Shown here: positions 45,055 through 55,100 of the stretch, piece after piece
Numbering within the stretch: the first letter of the stretch is position 1
Layout: the number at the start of each line of letters is the position of its first letter
From: a virus
Taxonomy: Duplodnaviria > Heunggongvirae > Uroviricota > Caudoviricetes
Strand: one strand, 5' to 3'
Length of the DNA: 64,000 nt
IMG/VR virus record: IMGVR_UViG_3300027708_000034
Coordinates: 18,332-82,331 of that record
Notes under the pieces: model-generated
What the model saw: the letters and a program-made list of their open reading frames with translations, nothing else
Database searches by the model: none
What the model was told of the DNA's origin: nothing
Position numbers and translations under genes: made by a program

Positions 45055-46484
45055 TATGATGCGAGTTTGCTCATGATACTGTGTGACTCAGCTAGTCTGC
45101 GGGCAAACTTGCTTTCACGCATTTCACGTCCGCTAGCCTCTGGTCCACCAGCAGCAGCATCGCTAGCACCAAATTCGTCACCCCCCATCTCTGGATTCAT
45201 GGCATCTGGCGGAGCTGTATCCATACCTGGCTCCATGCCTGCATCCATGCCTGGCTCCATACCCATACCTTCCGGTGGTGCTGAACCCGAAGCTAATTGT
45301 GCAACTGCATTGCTGATAGATTCACGTTGTTGTGTCAGTGTTTCAAGTGTAGCACTCAATGCTGGACCGACTGCTTGTTTGAATACTTCAGCTTCTGCAG
45401 GTCCAAACTCAGCGCGGATCTCATCGCTTAATTCAATGATGGCTTTAGTTTGATATTGACCAACACGTTGCATCCAGCTGGTAAAGTCATTGACCATATC
45501 GCCTGCTGCTGTAATAGTCTTGGCTTTACCTTCTTCATCTTCTTGTAGCAAATAGCCGATGCTTTCGTTTACAAAACGTACATTGTGCTTGAATGCATTC
45601 ACAGACTCTTTGACTTTCTTTCTAGCACGTAGTTTGGCAAAATCGCTTTTCTCTAGTTTGCCGTCGTGGTCAACATCAAGTTTGCCTTGCTTGCCTTTTA
45701 GGCCTTCCATAGTACCCATGCACTCTTTGCAATCGCAGTCCTTAGGATGTGCCTTGCCTTCTCCAACTTTCTTATTTTTTGGCTTGTCTTCAGTGCCATT
45801 GTCAAATGTACTGGACTTGCGAGTATACTGTGTACCGGTAGTAGTTTTTTTCTTATCAAACTTACCTGTTGTGGAGTTCTTTTCTTTTGCATGATCGGAC
45901 TTGACTTTGTTCATCATATCATCCCAACTCTCATCCATCTTACCATGGACCGGACATTTGTCTTCACCTTTTGTAGAGCAGCAGCACTTCTCGCTCATTG
46001 CTTCTTTAACTGCTGATTCTTTCTTAGCAAACGGATTTACACCTTTCTTTGGACCTGCTTTTTTGTCAGCAACAGCTTTTTTCATTGGCTCTTTTTTGTC
46101 GCCATCTTTGTCCATGTCAAGGAAATCTGGTTTGCTGCCCTTAGCAGCAATTTTTGTTTTTGGAGGGCGAGTACCTTTTTTGGCCTCGCTCAGTTGGTCC
46201 ATTTTGTCACGTAGTTTTTTGATGTCTTCGCCTAGCATTTCTTTTATCCTTATGTTGAGCAATTCTAACATTGCTTTGTCTTTTTGGTAAGTCTCGTTGG
46301 TTAACAAATCATTAACGCCAGACGACCCTTCTTGTTGAAAGATACGAGTACGTAGTTTGTTACGAATATCTTCTAGTTGCTCACGATCGTACTTTTCTAA
46401 ATGGACTCGAGTACCAAATTGCTTACGCATATTTTCTAAAAGATATGCGCTGGTTATCTTGGGGCTGAAGTCTATGGTTTTCAT
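45054..46484 (-). CDS. Highly charged Lys/Glu-rich coiled protein with Met/Pro/Gly-rich C-terminal tail (start taken at ATG MKTIDF; the track's TTG start at 46496 is less likely)
   Basis: N-terminus MKTIDFSPKITSAYLLE↓N (the MKT start and L-x-E resemble T4 prohead-protease substrates). About 40% K/E/D. Possibly a scaffold or internal protein. Confidence 0.45.
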   Translation of the reverse strand: MKTIDFSPKITSAYLLENMRKQFGTRVHLEKYDREQLEDIRNKLRTRIFQQEGSSGVNDLLTNETYQKDKAMLELLNIRIKEMLGEDIKKLRDKMDQLSEAKKGTRPPKTKIAAKGSKPDFLDMDKDGDKKEPMKKAVADKKAGPKKGVNPFAKKESAVKEAMSEKCCCSTKGEDKCPVHGKMDESWDDMMNKVKSDHAKEKNSTTGKFDKKKTTTGTQYTRKSSTFDNGTEDKPKNKKVGEGKAHPKDCDCKECMGTMEGLKGKQGKLDVDHDGKLEKSDFAKLRARKKVKESVNAFKHNVRFVNESIGYLLQEDEEGKAKTITAAGDMVNDFTSWMQRVGQYQTKAIIELSDEIRAEFGPAEAEVFKQAVGPALSATLETLTQQRESISNAVAQLASGSAPPEGMGMEPGMDAGMEPGMDTAPPDAMNPEMGGDEFGASDAAAGGPEASGREMRESKFARRLAESHSIMSKLAS

Positions 46485-46510
46485 AATTGATTCCAAAAAG
46501 TGGTTAATGT

Positions 46511-46518
46511 TATTTATA
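46511..46518 (-). promoter_or_regulatory. T4-type late promoter motif TATAAATA (minus strand), 26 nt upstream of the MKTIDF start
   Basis: Plus tatttata = minus TATAAATA in the 17-nt intergenic region. Confidence 0.4.
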
Positions 46519-46978
46519 TTAATTTAGTCAGTTTCTCAAAACTCTTCATGATCTCTTGTTTGTGGGCGGCCTTCTTATGCAGGGCGATTTTGTGCTTTTC
46601 CAAGTTGATATCGAAGTAATCTAAGTTTTTGTGGTCCCGTTCGATGGCTCGCTTGTGTAACTGTTCCTTAAAATCAGCGTATCCATAGCTTTTATCCATA
46701 GCGATCAATTGAGAATCTGTATGCTTGCCCAATGCTAGACTGTTGGCAGTAATCAGTGCAGTCTGTGGCAAGTTGATTCCTGATACTATGGCTTCTTTAG
46801 TATGATCTAATATAGAGTAAGATCCATCTGGATTCCTAACCACTGTATACCAACCAAATTTGATAGTGCCGTTTTTGCTTTTGATAGGAACTACAAATCC
46901 CTTGGCCCTTAGTTGACTTTTGACTTCTCTATCGAGCTGGGATAATTTTTTTAGTAGGTCTTCAGTTAGATTTTTCAT
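46514..46978 (-). CDS. Hypothetical protein (154 aa)
   Basis: ORF only. Confidence 0.45.
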   Translation of the reverse strand: MKNLTEDLLKKLSQLDREVKSQLRAKGFVVPIKSKNGTIKFGWYTVVRNPDGSYSILDHTKEAIVSGINLPQTALITANSLALGKHTDSQLIAMDKSYGYADFKEQLHKRAIERDHKNLDYFDINLEKHKIALHKKAAHKQEIMKSFEKLTKLI

Positions 46979-47171
46979 GTAAGTTTTTGATCAGCGTACT
47001 GCTATCATTACTTAGTGAAAATACGCCCTTGCGCATTAGATTTTGAGCAACCCAACGATCGTGATCATCTAGGCTGGTGATCCTAACATCGTGCTCATGA
47101 TTTTCTAAGAAACGATGCTCTTCATTAGACAGAGCGATATCTACCTTAGATAGTAGTTGATATATTTTCAT
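46962..47171 (-). CDS. Small hypothetical protein
   Basis: ORF with overlaps on both sides. Confidence 0.35.
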   Translation of the reverse strand: MKIYQLLSKVDIALSNEEHRFLENHEHDVRITSLDDHDRWVAQNLMRKGVFSLSNDSSTLIKNLHEKSN

Positions 47172-48076
47172 GCTGATGATATGGTGTTAGGAGTTGTTCC
47201 GGCAGCGCTGGGCGGTTTCTGTGATAGATTCGTTGTTTTGCCCTGTGATCGCTGTAGTAGCTGTTGTTGTCGCTGTTGACTAGCTTGATTGATCTGACGT
47301 GTATCAAGCTGATTTTTTGGAGCAGGTGCTGCCGGATTGTAGTAAGGTGATGGAGCCTGGAATTCATCGTTTTTGTAATCAGACCATTTTGGTTCAGAAC
47401 CGGCTGCTGCACCCATGCCTGCTGCTTTGAGTTTTGCTTCGACATCTTTTTTAACAGCAGCCGCGTTTGCAAGGTTGGGTACTTGATACGAAGATACATT
47501 ATTTGGTGTCGATCCAGTAGTAGTCTGTTGTTGCTGTTGTTGTATCTGAGATTGCTTTTTTGCTCCGGTGCTGATGGCCTGTTTGATTTGATTGGCTGTA
47601 CTAGGATCCATTAATGCATCAGACAAGCCAGGTAATAGTGCCTGTAAATCTTTTTGTGCCTGTGGATTCATGGGCTGTCCCGGAACTTGAGTTGCTAGTG
47701 TCTTGCTTAATCTATTAGAATCGACATTGCCGCCGCCCGCTTGCTGTACAGCACTTTTTATATTGTCTACACCAGACTTGATGTTATTGGTTACATTAGA
47801 GGCTGCTTGTGGTGCGGCCTGTCCAATCTTCTGCACACCCTGCGCTACAGCACTGCCGACTTTCTGTACACCCTGTGCAAGTCCGCGACCCACTGCCTGT
47901 GCTCCTGTGAGTGCTGCATCGCCCGCTGCTAATGCACCTCGACCAATTGCCTGTCCGGCTGCTAGAGCACCTCGACCAATCATACCAGCAACTGGTGCAG
48001 CAGCGGCTGCTAGTGCAGGTAAAAACTCATCGAGTTTTTGGTCAGACTTCTCGGCTATGAATTCCCTGGCGCGCAT
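47168..48076 (-). CDS. Putative head internal protein with T4-like capsid targeting sequence (MRAREFIAE) and Ala/Gly/Gln-rich repeats
   Basis: N-terminus MRAREFIAEKSDQKLDEF matches the T4 CTS MKTYQEFIAE. Repeated GRGALAAGQAIGRGALAAG and AQGVQKVG/AQGVQKIG units. Confidence 0.5.
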   Translation of the reverse strand: MRAREFIAEKSDQKLDEFLPALAAAAAPVAGMIGRGALAAGQAIGRGALAAGDAALTGAQAVGRGLAQGVQKVGSAVAQGVQKIGQAAPQAASNVTNNIKSGVDNIKSAVQQAGGGNVDSNRLSKTLATQVPGQPMNPQAQKDLQALLPGLSDALMDPSTANQIKQAISTGAKKQSQIQQQQQQTTTGSTPNNVSSYQVPNLANAAAVKKDVEAKLKAAGMGAAAGSEPKWSDYKNDEFQAPSPYYNPAAPAPKNQLDTRQINQASQQRQQQLLQRSQGKTTNLSQKPPSAAGTTPNTISSA

Positions 48077-48079
48077 ATA

Positions 48080-48319
48080 TTAGTGTGCTTTAGACAGCAG
48101 AACAAATAGCACGCTGAGCACACCAGTGACGACTGTGCCAGCAGTGCCTATGATGACTTTGGTCATGCTGCTGTGGCCATCTTCGATTAACTTTTTCAAG
48201 TCACCAAACTTGCCTTCGATGGCAGTGAGTCTATCGTCAAGACTCTGATAGCGTTGAGCGCATAAATCAACGTGTGCTTCTAAATTTGTTTTTTCAATCT
48301 CAATCGGTCCAGTGGACAT
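48080..48319 (-). CDS. Small C-terminally membrane-anchored protein
   Basis: A single C-terminal TM helix (VIIGTAGTVVTGVLSVLFVLLS). Confidence 0.45.
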   Translation of the reverse strand: MSTGPIEIEKTNLEAHVDLCAQRYQSLDDRLTAIEGKFGDLKKLIEDGHSSMTKVIIGTAGTVVTGVLSVLFVLLSKAH

Positions 48320-48351
48320 AGTTGCTCCTTCAGTTGGGGTATTACGGTGCC

Positions 48352-48780
48352 TTAATTTGTGCCTAGATGAGCCGTGATGATTGTATTTTTTGCAATACTA
48401 TCATTACATGAGAATATTGCCTTACCAATATTTATACTCTCCGTGAGATTTTTAATCAAAGGAACACCGTCTAAATCGTCAAATAATAGGCCAATTTCGT
48501 TATTATTGTCATCTAAATAGACGCTTTCTCTGTCAGGATTGAATCGAAATGTCCATACCCTATGACGGCCAGCATACATGGTGCCGAAGCCCATGTCTTT
48601 TATATCCACTTCTTCTACAGTGGGCGCATGTTCATAGGACACGACACTACGCATTTCCGCGCACTGTAATAATGTTATAAAATTCCTATGCTGATCCAAT
48701 TCAAGCTGAGTACCTTGATTAGGTCTTATGACACGAGTGTGTGTGATATCTATCAAAGTGTTTATTTCTATTTGAACCAT
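48352..48780 (-). CDS. Hypothetical protein (start taken at ATG MVQIEINTL)
   Basis: ORF. A late-promoter motif lies 18 nt upstream. Confidence 0.45.
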   Translation of the reverse strand: MVQIEINTLIDITHTRVIRPNQGTQLELDQHRNFITLLQCAEMRSVVSYEHAPTVEEVDIKDMGFGTMYAGRHRVWTFRFNPDRESVYLDDNNNEIGLLFDDLDGVPLIKNLTESINIGKAIFSCNDSIAKNTIITAHLGTN

Positions 48781-48797
48781 AAAGTACCTATATAATG

Positions 48798-48805
48798 TAT
48801 TTATA
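48798..48805 (-). promoter_or_regulatory. T4-type late promoter motif (minus strand GGCTATAAATA; the same GGCTATAAATA context as at 7011)
   Basis: Exact TATAAATA immediately after the terminator of the upstream gene. Confidence 0.45.
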
Positions 48806-48806
48806 G

Positions 48807-48837
48807 CCAAAAAGAAAGGGAGTTAAAAAACTCCCTT
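48807..48837 (-). terminator. Rho-independent terminator after the 145-aa gene (hairpin aagggag-ttaaaaaa-ctccctt plus TTCTTTTT on the minus strand)
   Basis: 7-bp stem followed by a U-tract. Confidence 0.6.
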
Positions 48838-48859
48838 GCTTATTTCTTAAAGTTAAGAA

Positions 48860-49297
48860 TTATAGCGCAACGCCACGGACGTCGGCAGCAACTGCTGCAC
48901 TAGACATAGCAAAACCTTGATAAGTCTTACCGCACTGTACTAGTGTTGTCAAGTAAGCGGCCATTGATTCAGTTCCGCTAACACCATCATAGTTGTCTGC
49001 TGGATAATCGCCGCCGATAGCAGCAACACCGATTGTCAATGTTGTATCGCTAGAGCTGTAACGTGGTGTACCGATGATCTCGATGCTAACACGACTTTGG
49101 ATCAATTCCAATGCTTTAACAACTGGGCTCTTAGCTGTTTCTTCAGTTTTTGTACCAGCGACAAAAGCTGCGTAGTCAGTGGTTAACTTAGCTGTTAGGT
49201 CTGCACCTGTGAATGTGATTGTGAAAAACTGTAGTGTAACGCCGTTCTTGAAGAATGGTGCTACGACCTTTTCATTTCTATTAATTAATTGTGCCAT
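48860..49297 (-). CDS. Hypothetical protein, monocistronic and terminator-flanked (possibly an abundant virion component)
   Basis: Stand-alone transcription unit with its own upstream region and a strong terminator. Ala/Thr/Gly-rich sequence. No motif recognised. Confidence 0.45.
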   Translation of the reverse strand: MAQLINRNEKVVAPFFKNGVTLQFFTITFTGADLTAKLTTDYAAFVAGTKTEETAKSPVVKALELIQSRVSIEIIGTPRYSSSDTTLTIGVAAIGGDYPADNYDGVSGTESMAAYLTTLVQCGKTYQGFAMSSAAVAADVRGVAL

Positions 49298-49389
49298 TTT
49301 AATGACTCCTATATCTTTTTTATGAATCCCCCTATGGGACTCTGGTGTAATTATTTATCTTCTTTGGAAAAAACTTTCCCAAACACACC

Positions 49390-49716
49390 TTATTCGTCGT
49401 CTTTTAAGTCACCTTCGATTATGGTAAGACGGCTGGCAGTTTCTTTACTGTCACGTAGTCTACGTATGCTACGGGTAAATTTACTGGCATCACCACCTCT
49501 AATGCTGTTGACTAGTCTACGCTCTAGCTCATAGGCCTTTTCTGGATTGTAGGTTTCTTTGATTAATTTCAGCAGATTGATGGCACTATCGATCACATGC
49601 GTGGCACGGCTTTCGATGATAGCTTCGCTGTCTTTCCTATGCGAAATGTCATTCAGTTCTTCTAGTAAACTGCGAGTGGTACGTTTCAAGATAGTGTCCT
49701 TTGTGGTATTTAGCAT
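49390..49716 (-). CDS. Hypothetical protein (108 aa)
   Basis: ORF. The last minus-strand gene before a divergent control region. Confidence 0.45.
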   Translation of the reverse strand: MLNTTKDTILKRTTRSLLEELNDISHRKDSEAIIESRATHVIDSAINLLKLIKETYNPEKAYELERRLVNSIRGGDASKFTRSIRRLRDSKETASRLTIIEGDLKDDE

Positions 49717-49746
49717 ATTGTAGCAGGTCCTTTGGGAGAATGCAAC

Positions 49747-49783
49747 ATTGCAAATTGTGCGGTTGCAGCATATACTAGTATAA
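49747..49783 (+). promoter_or_regulatory. Divergent control region: sigma70-like TTGCAA-N17-TATACT overlapping a TATAAATA late motif (49776-49783), with a palindromic TGCAACATTGCA element just upstream
   Basis: Hexamers at 49747-49752 and 49770-75. Exact TATAAATA at 49776-83. About 50 nt upstream of the 49833 ATG. Confidence 0.4.
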
Positions 49784-49832
49784 ATACTTACGTAGAACTA
49801 CTAAGTATCTACCTTAATATACAGGAGAAAAT

Positions 49833-50006
49833 ATGTTAAAACAACTAGCTGAATACTTCCAAAAGATGTTTCAGGATTTCAGTAAGCCACAAACTTACCA
49901 GTCAGCGTTAGAAGAATACATCGTTAGAAATGCACCGCAAGATATGTGCGATGTAGATCGCCTCACTCGTCAATTTGATATGATGCAATCACGTAGAGGA
50001 TGGTAA
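49833..50006 (+). CDS. Small protein (57 aa), not in the ORF track
   Basis: ATG preceded by the SD AGGAGAAAAT. Translates as MLKQLAEYFQKMFQDF...RRGW. Confidence 0.3.
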   Translation: MLKQLAEYFQKMFQDFSKPQTYQSALEEYIVRNAPQDMCDVDRLTRQFDMMQSRRGW

Positions 50007-50008
50007 TC

Positions 50009-50134
50009 ATGAGCATACTACAAGCCATCTATAATTTTTTAAGTGAGGTGGGTCGCGCTCGTGCTGCTTCACATCTAGCACGTCTTGGAGATCACGAAGC
50101 TGCTCGACGAGTCATGTTAATGGATTTAAAATAG
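50009..50134 (+). CDS. Small protein (41 aa), not in the ORF track
   Basis: ATG 2 nt after the previous stop. Translates as MSILQAIYNFLSEVGRARAASHLARLGDHEAARRVMLMDLK. Confidence 0.25.
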   Translation: MSILQAIYNFLSEVGRARAASHLARLGDHEAARRVMLMDLK

Positions 50135-50141
50135 CCATTAA

Positions 50142-50170
50142 GGTTGTTATATAAATAACACGACAGTATA
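50142..50170 (+). promoter_or_regulatory. Plus-strand promoter candidates upstream of the 50206 gene: TTGTTA-N17-TATAAT with an embedded TATAAATA (50149-50156)
   Basis: Hexamer spacing of 17. Exact late 8-mer inside the spacer. Confidence 0.35.
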
Positions 50171-50205
50171 ATATACTGATACACATAACACACAGGGAAA
50201 TAAAA

Positions 50206-50487
50206 ATGTTTAATAAACTATTCGCACCATATCTAACACTTGACGCACACATCGATGCGTTCCAAGAAACCAAGCGAGGCCTAACAGACAAGATCATTAC
50301 TGATCCTACGCTGAATAAGGCAGCACATGAATATATCGATGCTCAGACACAGTTCGCCAAGATGTTGTCACACAACTTCACTGACATCGCCAAGTATTCT
50401 ATGGATTCCATTGCTAACAAATGGTTTCCACAGAAAGAAGAAGTCCAGGCTAAGGCTTCTGCGAGCAAGAAGGCTCGTGCCTTTTAA
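50206..50487 (+). CDS. Hypothetical protein (93 aa)
   Basis: ORF with the SD GGGAAATAAAA. Confidence 0.45.
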   Translation: MFNKLFAPYLTLDAHIDAFQETKRGLTDKIITDPTLNKAAHEYIDAQTQFAKMLSHNFTDIAKYSMDSIANKWFPQKEEVQAKASASKKARAF

Positions 50488-50514
50488 GACATACACACAC
50501 GTAAGGAGAAAATT

Positions 50515-50787
50515 ATGTCAACAGCAACAGCAAAACTACCTGAAGTAAAATTCAACAAGAACGGTTACGAAATCCGCACAGACATTCTAGCAATGGCCAA
50601 GGACCTAGTAACACACGATTATTCCATCAAATTCCAAGGATGGGAAATGACTGCCACTCGTGATGAGAAGACTGGACAAATTATCAGCAAAATTGGTATG
50701 CCAGTGTTTCCAGGACTTGAATCAGTATTAGAAACAGCAGAAAAAATGTATAGCTTTGTTAACGCAGGCGTTGCACCTAAGAAATAA
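50515..50787 (+). CDS. Hypothetical protein (90 aa)
   Basis: ORF with the SD AAGGAGAAAATT. Followed by a terminator. Confidence 0.45.
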   Translation: MSTATAKLPEVKFNKNGYEIRTDILAMAKDLVTHDYSIKFQGWEMTATRDEKTGQIISKIGMPVFPGLESVLETAEKMYSFVNAGVAPKK

Positions 50788-50816
50788 TTATAATAAAATG
50801 TAGGACGTAGTCCAGG

Positions 50817-50850
50817 AGCCCCACCAACAACAATAGAGTGGGGCTTTTTT
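50817..50850. terminator. Bidirectional rho-independent terminator between convergent genes (8-bp stem agccccac/gtggggct with TTTTTT on the plus strand and a U-rich tract on the minus strand)
   Basis: Perfect 8-bp GC-rich stem, 13-nt loop, flanking A/T runs on both sides. Confidence 0.65.
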
Positions 50851-51019
50851 ACGACTCTGTATCTGCAGGCAAGGGAGTATTACCTTCATCAAGCCATTTT
50901 AGATATTGTTGATAATCAGTATTGTCTGGGTCGAATACAAAAGATATAGTCTTATCATCTTCAATTTTTGCTGCACCACCGACTTGTCCTGTAAATTTAC
51001 ATTTAATTAATTTATACAT
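50849..51019 (-). CDS. Small protein (56 aa, MYKLIKCKFTGQVGGAAKIEDDK...), not in the ORF track
   Basis: Continuous frame from the ATG at 51019 (adjacent to the upstream stop) to a TAA overlapping the terminator T-run. Confidence 0.3.
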   Translation of the reverse strand: MYKLIKCKFTGQVGGAAKIEDDKTISFVFDPDNTDYQQYLKWLDEGNTPLPADTES

Positions 51020-52111
51020 TTATAACTCCGATGTTAACCAAAGATATGCTGTTTGACTGTTATTTATTATTAACTCGTATGCTCTTGTTGCGGTTAAACC
51101 AGTTGCGCCACCGTAAGCAAGTAGTACACTATATGGAGTAGATGCTACATCTAGAGTTGGTGTTGAAATTGTTGGTATACTAACTCCGTCATATAATGCA
51201 AAACTACCACTAGCCGTTAATGTCGGTACTGCTCTGAAAGTCACTAATGGTTTGACTTGTGCGATACCACTGGTGGTATTACTAACAGGACCATATCCAA
51301 TACGAGTATAAGCATTACTAGCCGGATTCACTGTATCTGAACCTTTGTATACTTGACAGTATCGTTGACAGAGCTGCAATTCAGTAGTATACGGACGATA
51401 ATCGAACAGGGATGCGGTCGAACTCTTTTCCAACTGCACACCGGTGATATAGAAAGTAGCACCAGACGTACTAATCCAGTTTGTAGCACCAGTAACAGTC
51501 ATGTAATTTGCACTAGCCCATGCACCAGCAGTTCCGGTATAAGTAGAACCTATGCCAAATCCTAATCGTAAACGAACACCAATACCATTAGTTGCCCCTA
51601 TCCAAGTTCCAGATGTATCACCAGGAACTGTAACAGTTTTTTGTTCCCATGTATTTGCTAAAGAAATTGTATAACTAAATGGGTATGAACGATTTTGTGC
51701 AGAATTTACTAATGCACCGCCATAGGTTCCTATAATGCTAGACCGACACCAAAATGATAAAGTTACCGTTGCTGCGTTTGCTGTTCCCCATCCGCAATCA
51801 GCAAAGTTAAAACCTTCAATTTTTTGACCAAGAAAATAATAATCACCTGCTGCCACTGTAGTTGCCGCACTTGATGTTAAAAGAAGCGAATTGTTGAAAC
51901 CAGTAGGTGCAGTTGTACTTTGTTGTGCAGTTAGTTTACTACTTACTGAAGGTGCAAATTGCCATCTATCAGTCGTATATTCTTCAGCAGTTGTAATCGT
52001 AAGACTTACCCCACTATTGCGCTGGTCAATCACCATCCCCCCATTGAAGATACGGTTCTTAAAGGACACCGAATCAGCATTGAATGAGGATAAATCACTG
52101 GCTTTTGACAT
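51020..52111 (-). CDS. Virion structural protein, fiber-like (363 aa)
   Basis: Ser/Thr/Gly/Ala-rich beta-rich composition. Sits in the structural gene block. Confidence 0.5.
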   Translation of the reverse strand: MSKASDLSSFNADSVSFKNRIFNGGMVIDQRNSGVSLTITTAEEYTTDRWQFAPSVSSKLTAQQSTTAPTGFNNSLLLTSSAATTVAAGDYYFLGQKIEGFNFADCGWGTANAATVTLSFWCRSSIIGTYGGALVNSAQNRSYPFSYTISLANTWEQKTVTVPGDTSGTWIGATNGIGVRLRLGFGIGSTYTGTAGAWASANYMTVTGATNWISTSGATFYITGVQLEKSSTASLFDYRPYTTELQLCQRYCQVYKGSDTVNPASNAYTRIGYGPVSNTTSGIAQVKPLVTFRAVPTLTASGSFALYDGVSIPTISTPTLDVASTPYSVLLAYGGATGLTATRAYELIINNSQTAYLWLTSEL

Positions 52112-52128
52112 ATGTACTTCCCGTTAAA

Positions 52129-55100
52129 TTATGCTTGAGCTTCGCCCCAACGCAGCACCAAGTTGGCATTAACCGCACTACCCTGTGTAACGTACACGTT
52201 GATCATCAACACGTCCGGACCGTTGGGATATGCACCCCTGCCGCCGATTGGTGTGTTGGTCAATTCTTTCAATGGTGTTAAATCTAATCCGTCTTTTGAT
52301 GATGGACTTGATATGAATGAGAAAATCTGTTCCCCAGGATTTGCATACTGATTTCTACCAAAGTTGAAATTACCATTAGCTACAGAGATCAACGGCTGAC
52401 TTACTGTGATGGTGCTAGCACCGATGCTAGTGACCACCGTACCGCCCTGTAAAAAGTTACCGTTATATACCGCATCACCGATGGCCACGCTGGCAGTGCT
52501 GGCCACACCTACTACAGACTGATTAGGAAATCCGCCAGTGGCACTCAATGTACCGGTGCTGACATTGTCAAATGTGATGGAATTACCCGAGGCCACCTGA
52601 CTGAAACTAGGTTGTCCGCTACTGGTCAAGTTAGTCCAGGTAATGTTGTTGGTGTTTGATGGATAGTTGCTGGGATTCAAGATACCCTCGATGATCAAGG
52701 CCTGACCCGCAGCACTAGTGCCGGCTGTAATTTCAATACCCTGTAGCAGCAGTTGAGCGCGATTGATTAATTCCCTAACTCCTAGATCGCCTGTGATAGC
52801 ATTACTAACGCTAGGTGACAATCGAATGGCAAATGCAGTGGTCTTTCTAATCTGGGCTGCAATATTGGTAGCAGCATAGTTAAAGATGTATCCTCGATCA
52901 TTGTCAAATCCACCATCAGTTAGGAATGCACTTCCCCAATGACTGATCACTGGACTTGCTGTCTGACCGACTACAATAACACCGGTTCCAGATGTATGCG
53001 CAAATGCGCCGCTGCCACTGAATGTTCTATTCTGTCCAGCTACCCATTGGGTGAAACTTGATCCCCTAGCACCCAATGTCAATTGATTAGTAGCAGTGGT
53101 TTTGGCAGTGTAAGGAATGATTTCATTATCGATCATGATCGTGCCGGAATTGGCAAAATATGTGACGTCAGTCAAGGTCATAACTGTGCCTGCACTTGAA
53201 ATATCAGTGGCCAAGGCTGACCTAGCGCCCTCATTGGTAACTTCGTATCTGACCGGCATGTTACCTGTGCGCATATACGCTTCATTATTGACGTTGGAGT
53301 TTTTGATCCTATGCATGGTTAGATAATTTCCATCAGGGCCCCTCAACATATAATCGATAAATCCTGCACCATACCAAGTCCATTGCAATCCGATCATTTG
53401 CATTTTATTAGGTATTAAATTATATCCGCTGGGATTGAACACGCTGTTGGTTCCATCACATCTATCATTATTCCATTGACTTTGCGGGATGATGATATCA
53501 CGAGTTTTTACTGCCTTGACTCCGGTGGAAGCAATCACACCTCGATAGTCTGGAGTTATGGTAATACTGGTCTGGCTATTTACTGCGCTGACCACATGGG
53601 TCATACCCCTGATCACTATCCTATCCCCGGCAATTAGCTGGTCGCGGAATCTAGTATTTGTGCCAGTGATTAAATTAGAATCCGGAATCACTGAAATTGT
53701 TCCAGCAAGTTGCAAGGTACTGGTCCTGAGACCCAAAGCCATGACCTGGCCGTCGTATTGGATAAACATACCGTTTTGTTCATCAAATGTGCCAGCTCTT
53801 ACTGTGGATCCGCTCCAAGTTACTAGCGAAACTAAACAAGGAGTATCCAATATTGCCGTTGTGGTGTCTAAAGTATTGGTTGCGAAAAATAAGAAAGTTC
53901 TCTCGTCAACGATACCGGCCACAGTATAGGTACCGTTATATCCACCACTAGTCACACCGGATATCTGTATCACTGCACTAACCTGCAGGCCGTGATCCAC
54001 ATCATCTACTACCACAGTCACAGTGGAGCCTATAGTGGTGCCCGATGCAGTTAAACTTCTTATGTCATAATTGGGGGCAAACAATCCGCCGGTATTGTAA
54101 TTGATGGCCTTACCACTTTGATAACGTATGTATTTTTTACTCATACGCACGGATTGAGCACCGTGTTGTGGGCCGCCGTTGCCTAGAGACACACCACCGT
54201 CATATGGTCTATGAACATAAAAACTATCTGACCTTACATATATGGTACCCGTCACAGTGCCAGTGATCGACCCAACACTTCTAGCCATGTAGACCAAAGA
54301 GGTTCCAGTGGTCACTGTGGATATATAGAATGGGCCTTGACACAGATTGTTATTGTTGCTGCCGTTGTCACTGCCGATGGCAACATATATACTATTTCCC
54401 GGAACTAGTCCGTGATTGGCGGCGAAACTTACAGTAACGGTGCCAGTGGTGCTGGCACCACTTCCAATCACTGTAAATGTTGGAGTTCCTATAGAAGCGC
54501 CGGTGTAAAAACCACCTTTCCTGATCTGTGTGTAGGTGCTGCTGATAGTTTCACCTATGGCAGATCCCACACGGGCCTTGGCATAATAGTTAAAAATATT
54601 AGTTCCAGTGACAGCATTTATCACGAAGGATCCCTCTGCGCGGGCATAACCAGATGCCGAAGACAGCAATGCCTTCACAGTGATGGGAGTACTGGTACTT
54701 AAATTATGCGGAGAAGAACATGTCACAGTGATGAGGCTTTCAGCATCAACAGATCCGCCGTTGGAATAATCTGTAGTTATCGAACTGATATTACTCAAAT
54801 CAGTGCCGGGGATTTCATATATGCCCGGATATCCTCGAACCATGCTGAGAGTCTGCCATTTGGTTGGTTGCAGTCCGTATTCAAAGTCAGCGTCCAACAT
54901 GCTTTGCGGTGCAGCCATACGTGTACGTTCAAAAGCATCAGTGCCCAGAGACCAGGGACGAGTGACAATTTCATTTCGTTCTACGAATATCTGTAGGGAA
55001 TCAGTGGAACTCATGGCACTGGTATCGTAGCCTAATCTAAAAGTAGTCACACCATCAGTATTTTGTAGAGCTTGGGGAAAACTGGCAGTATTGGCCCTGC

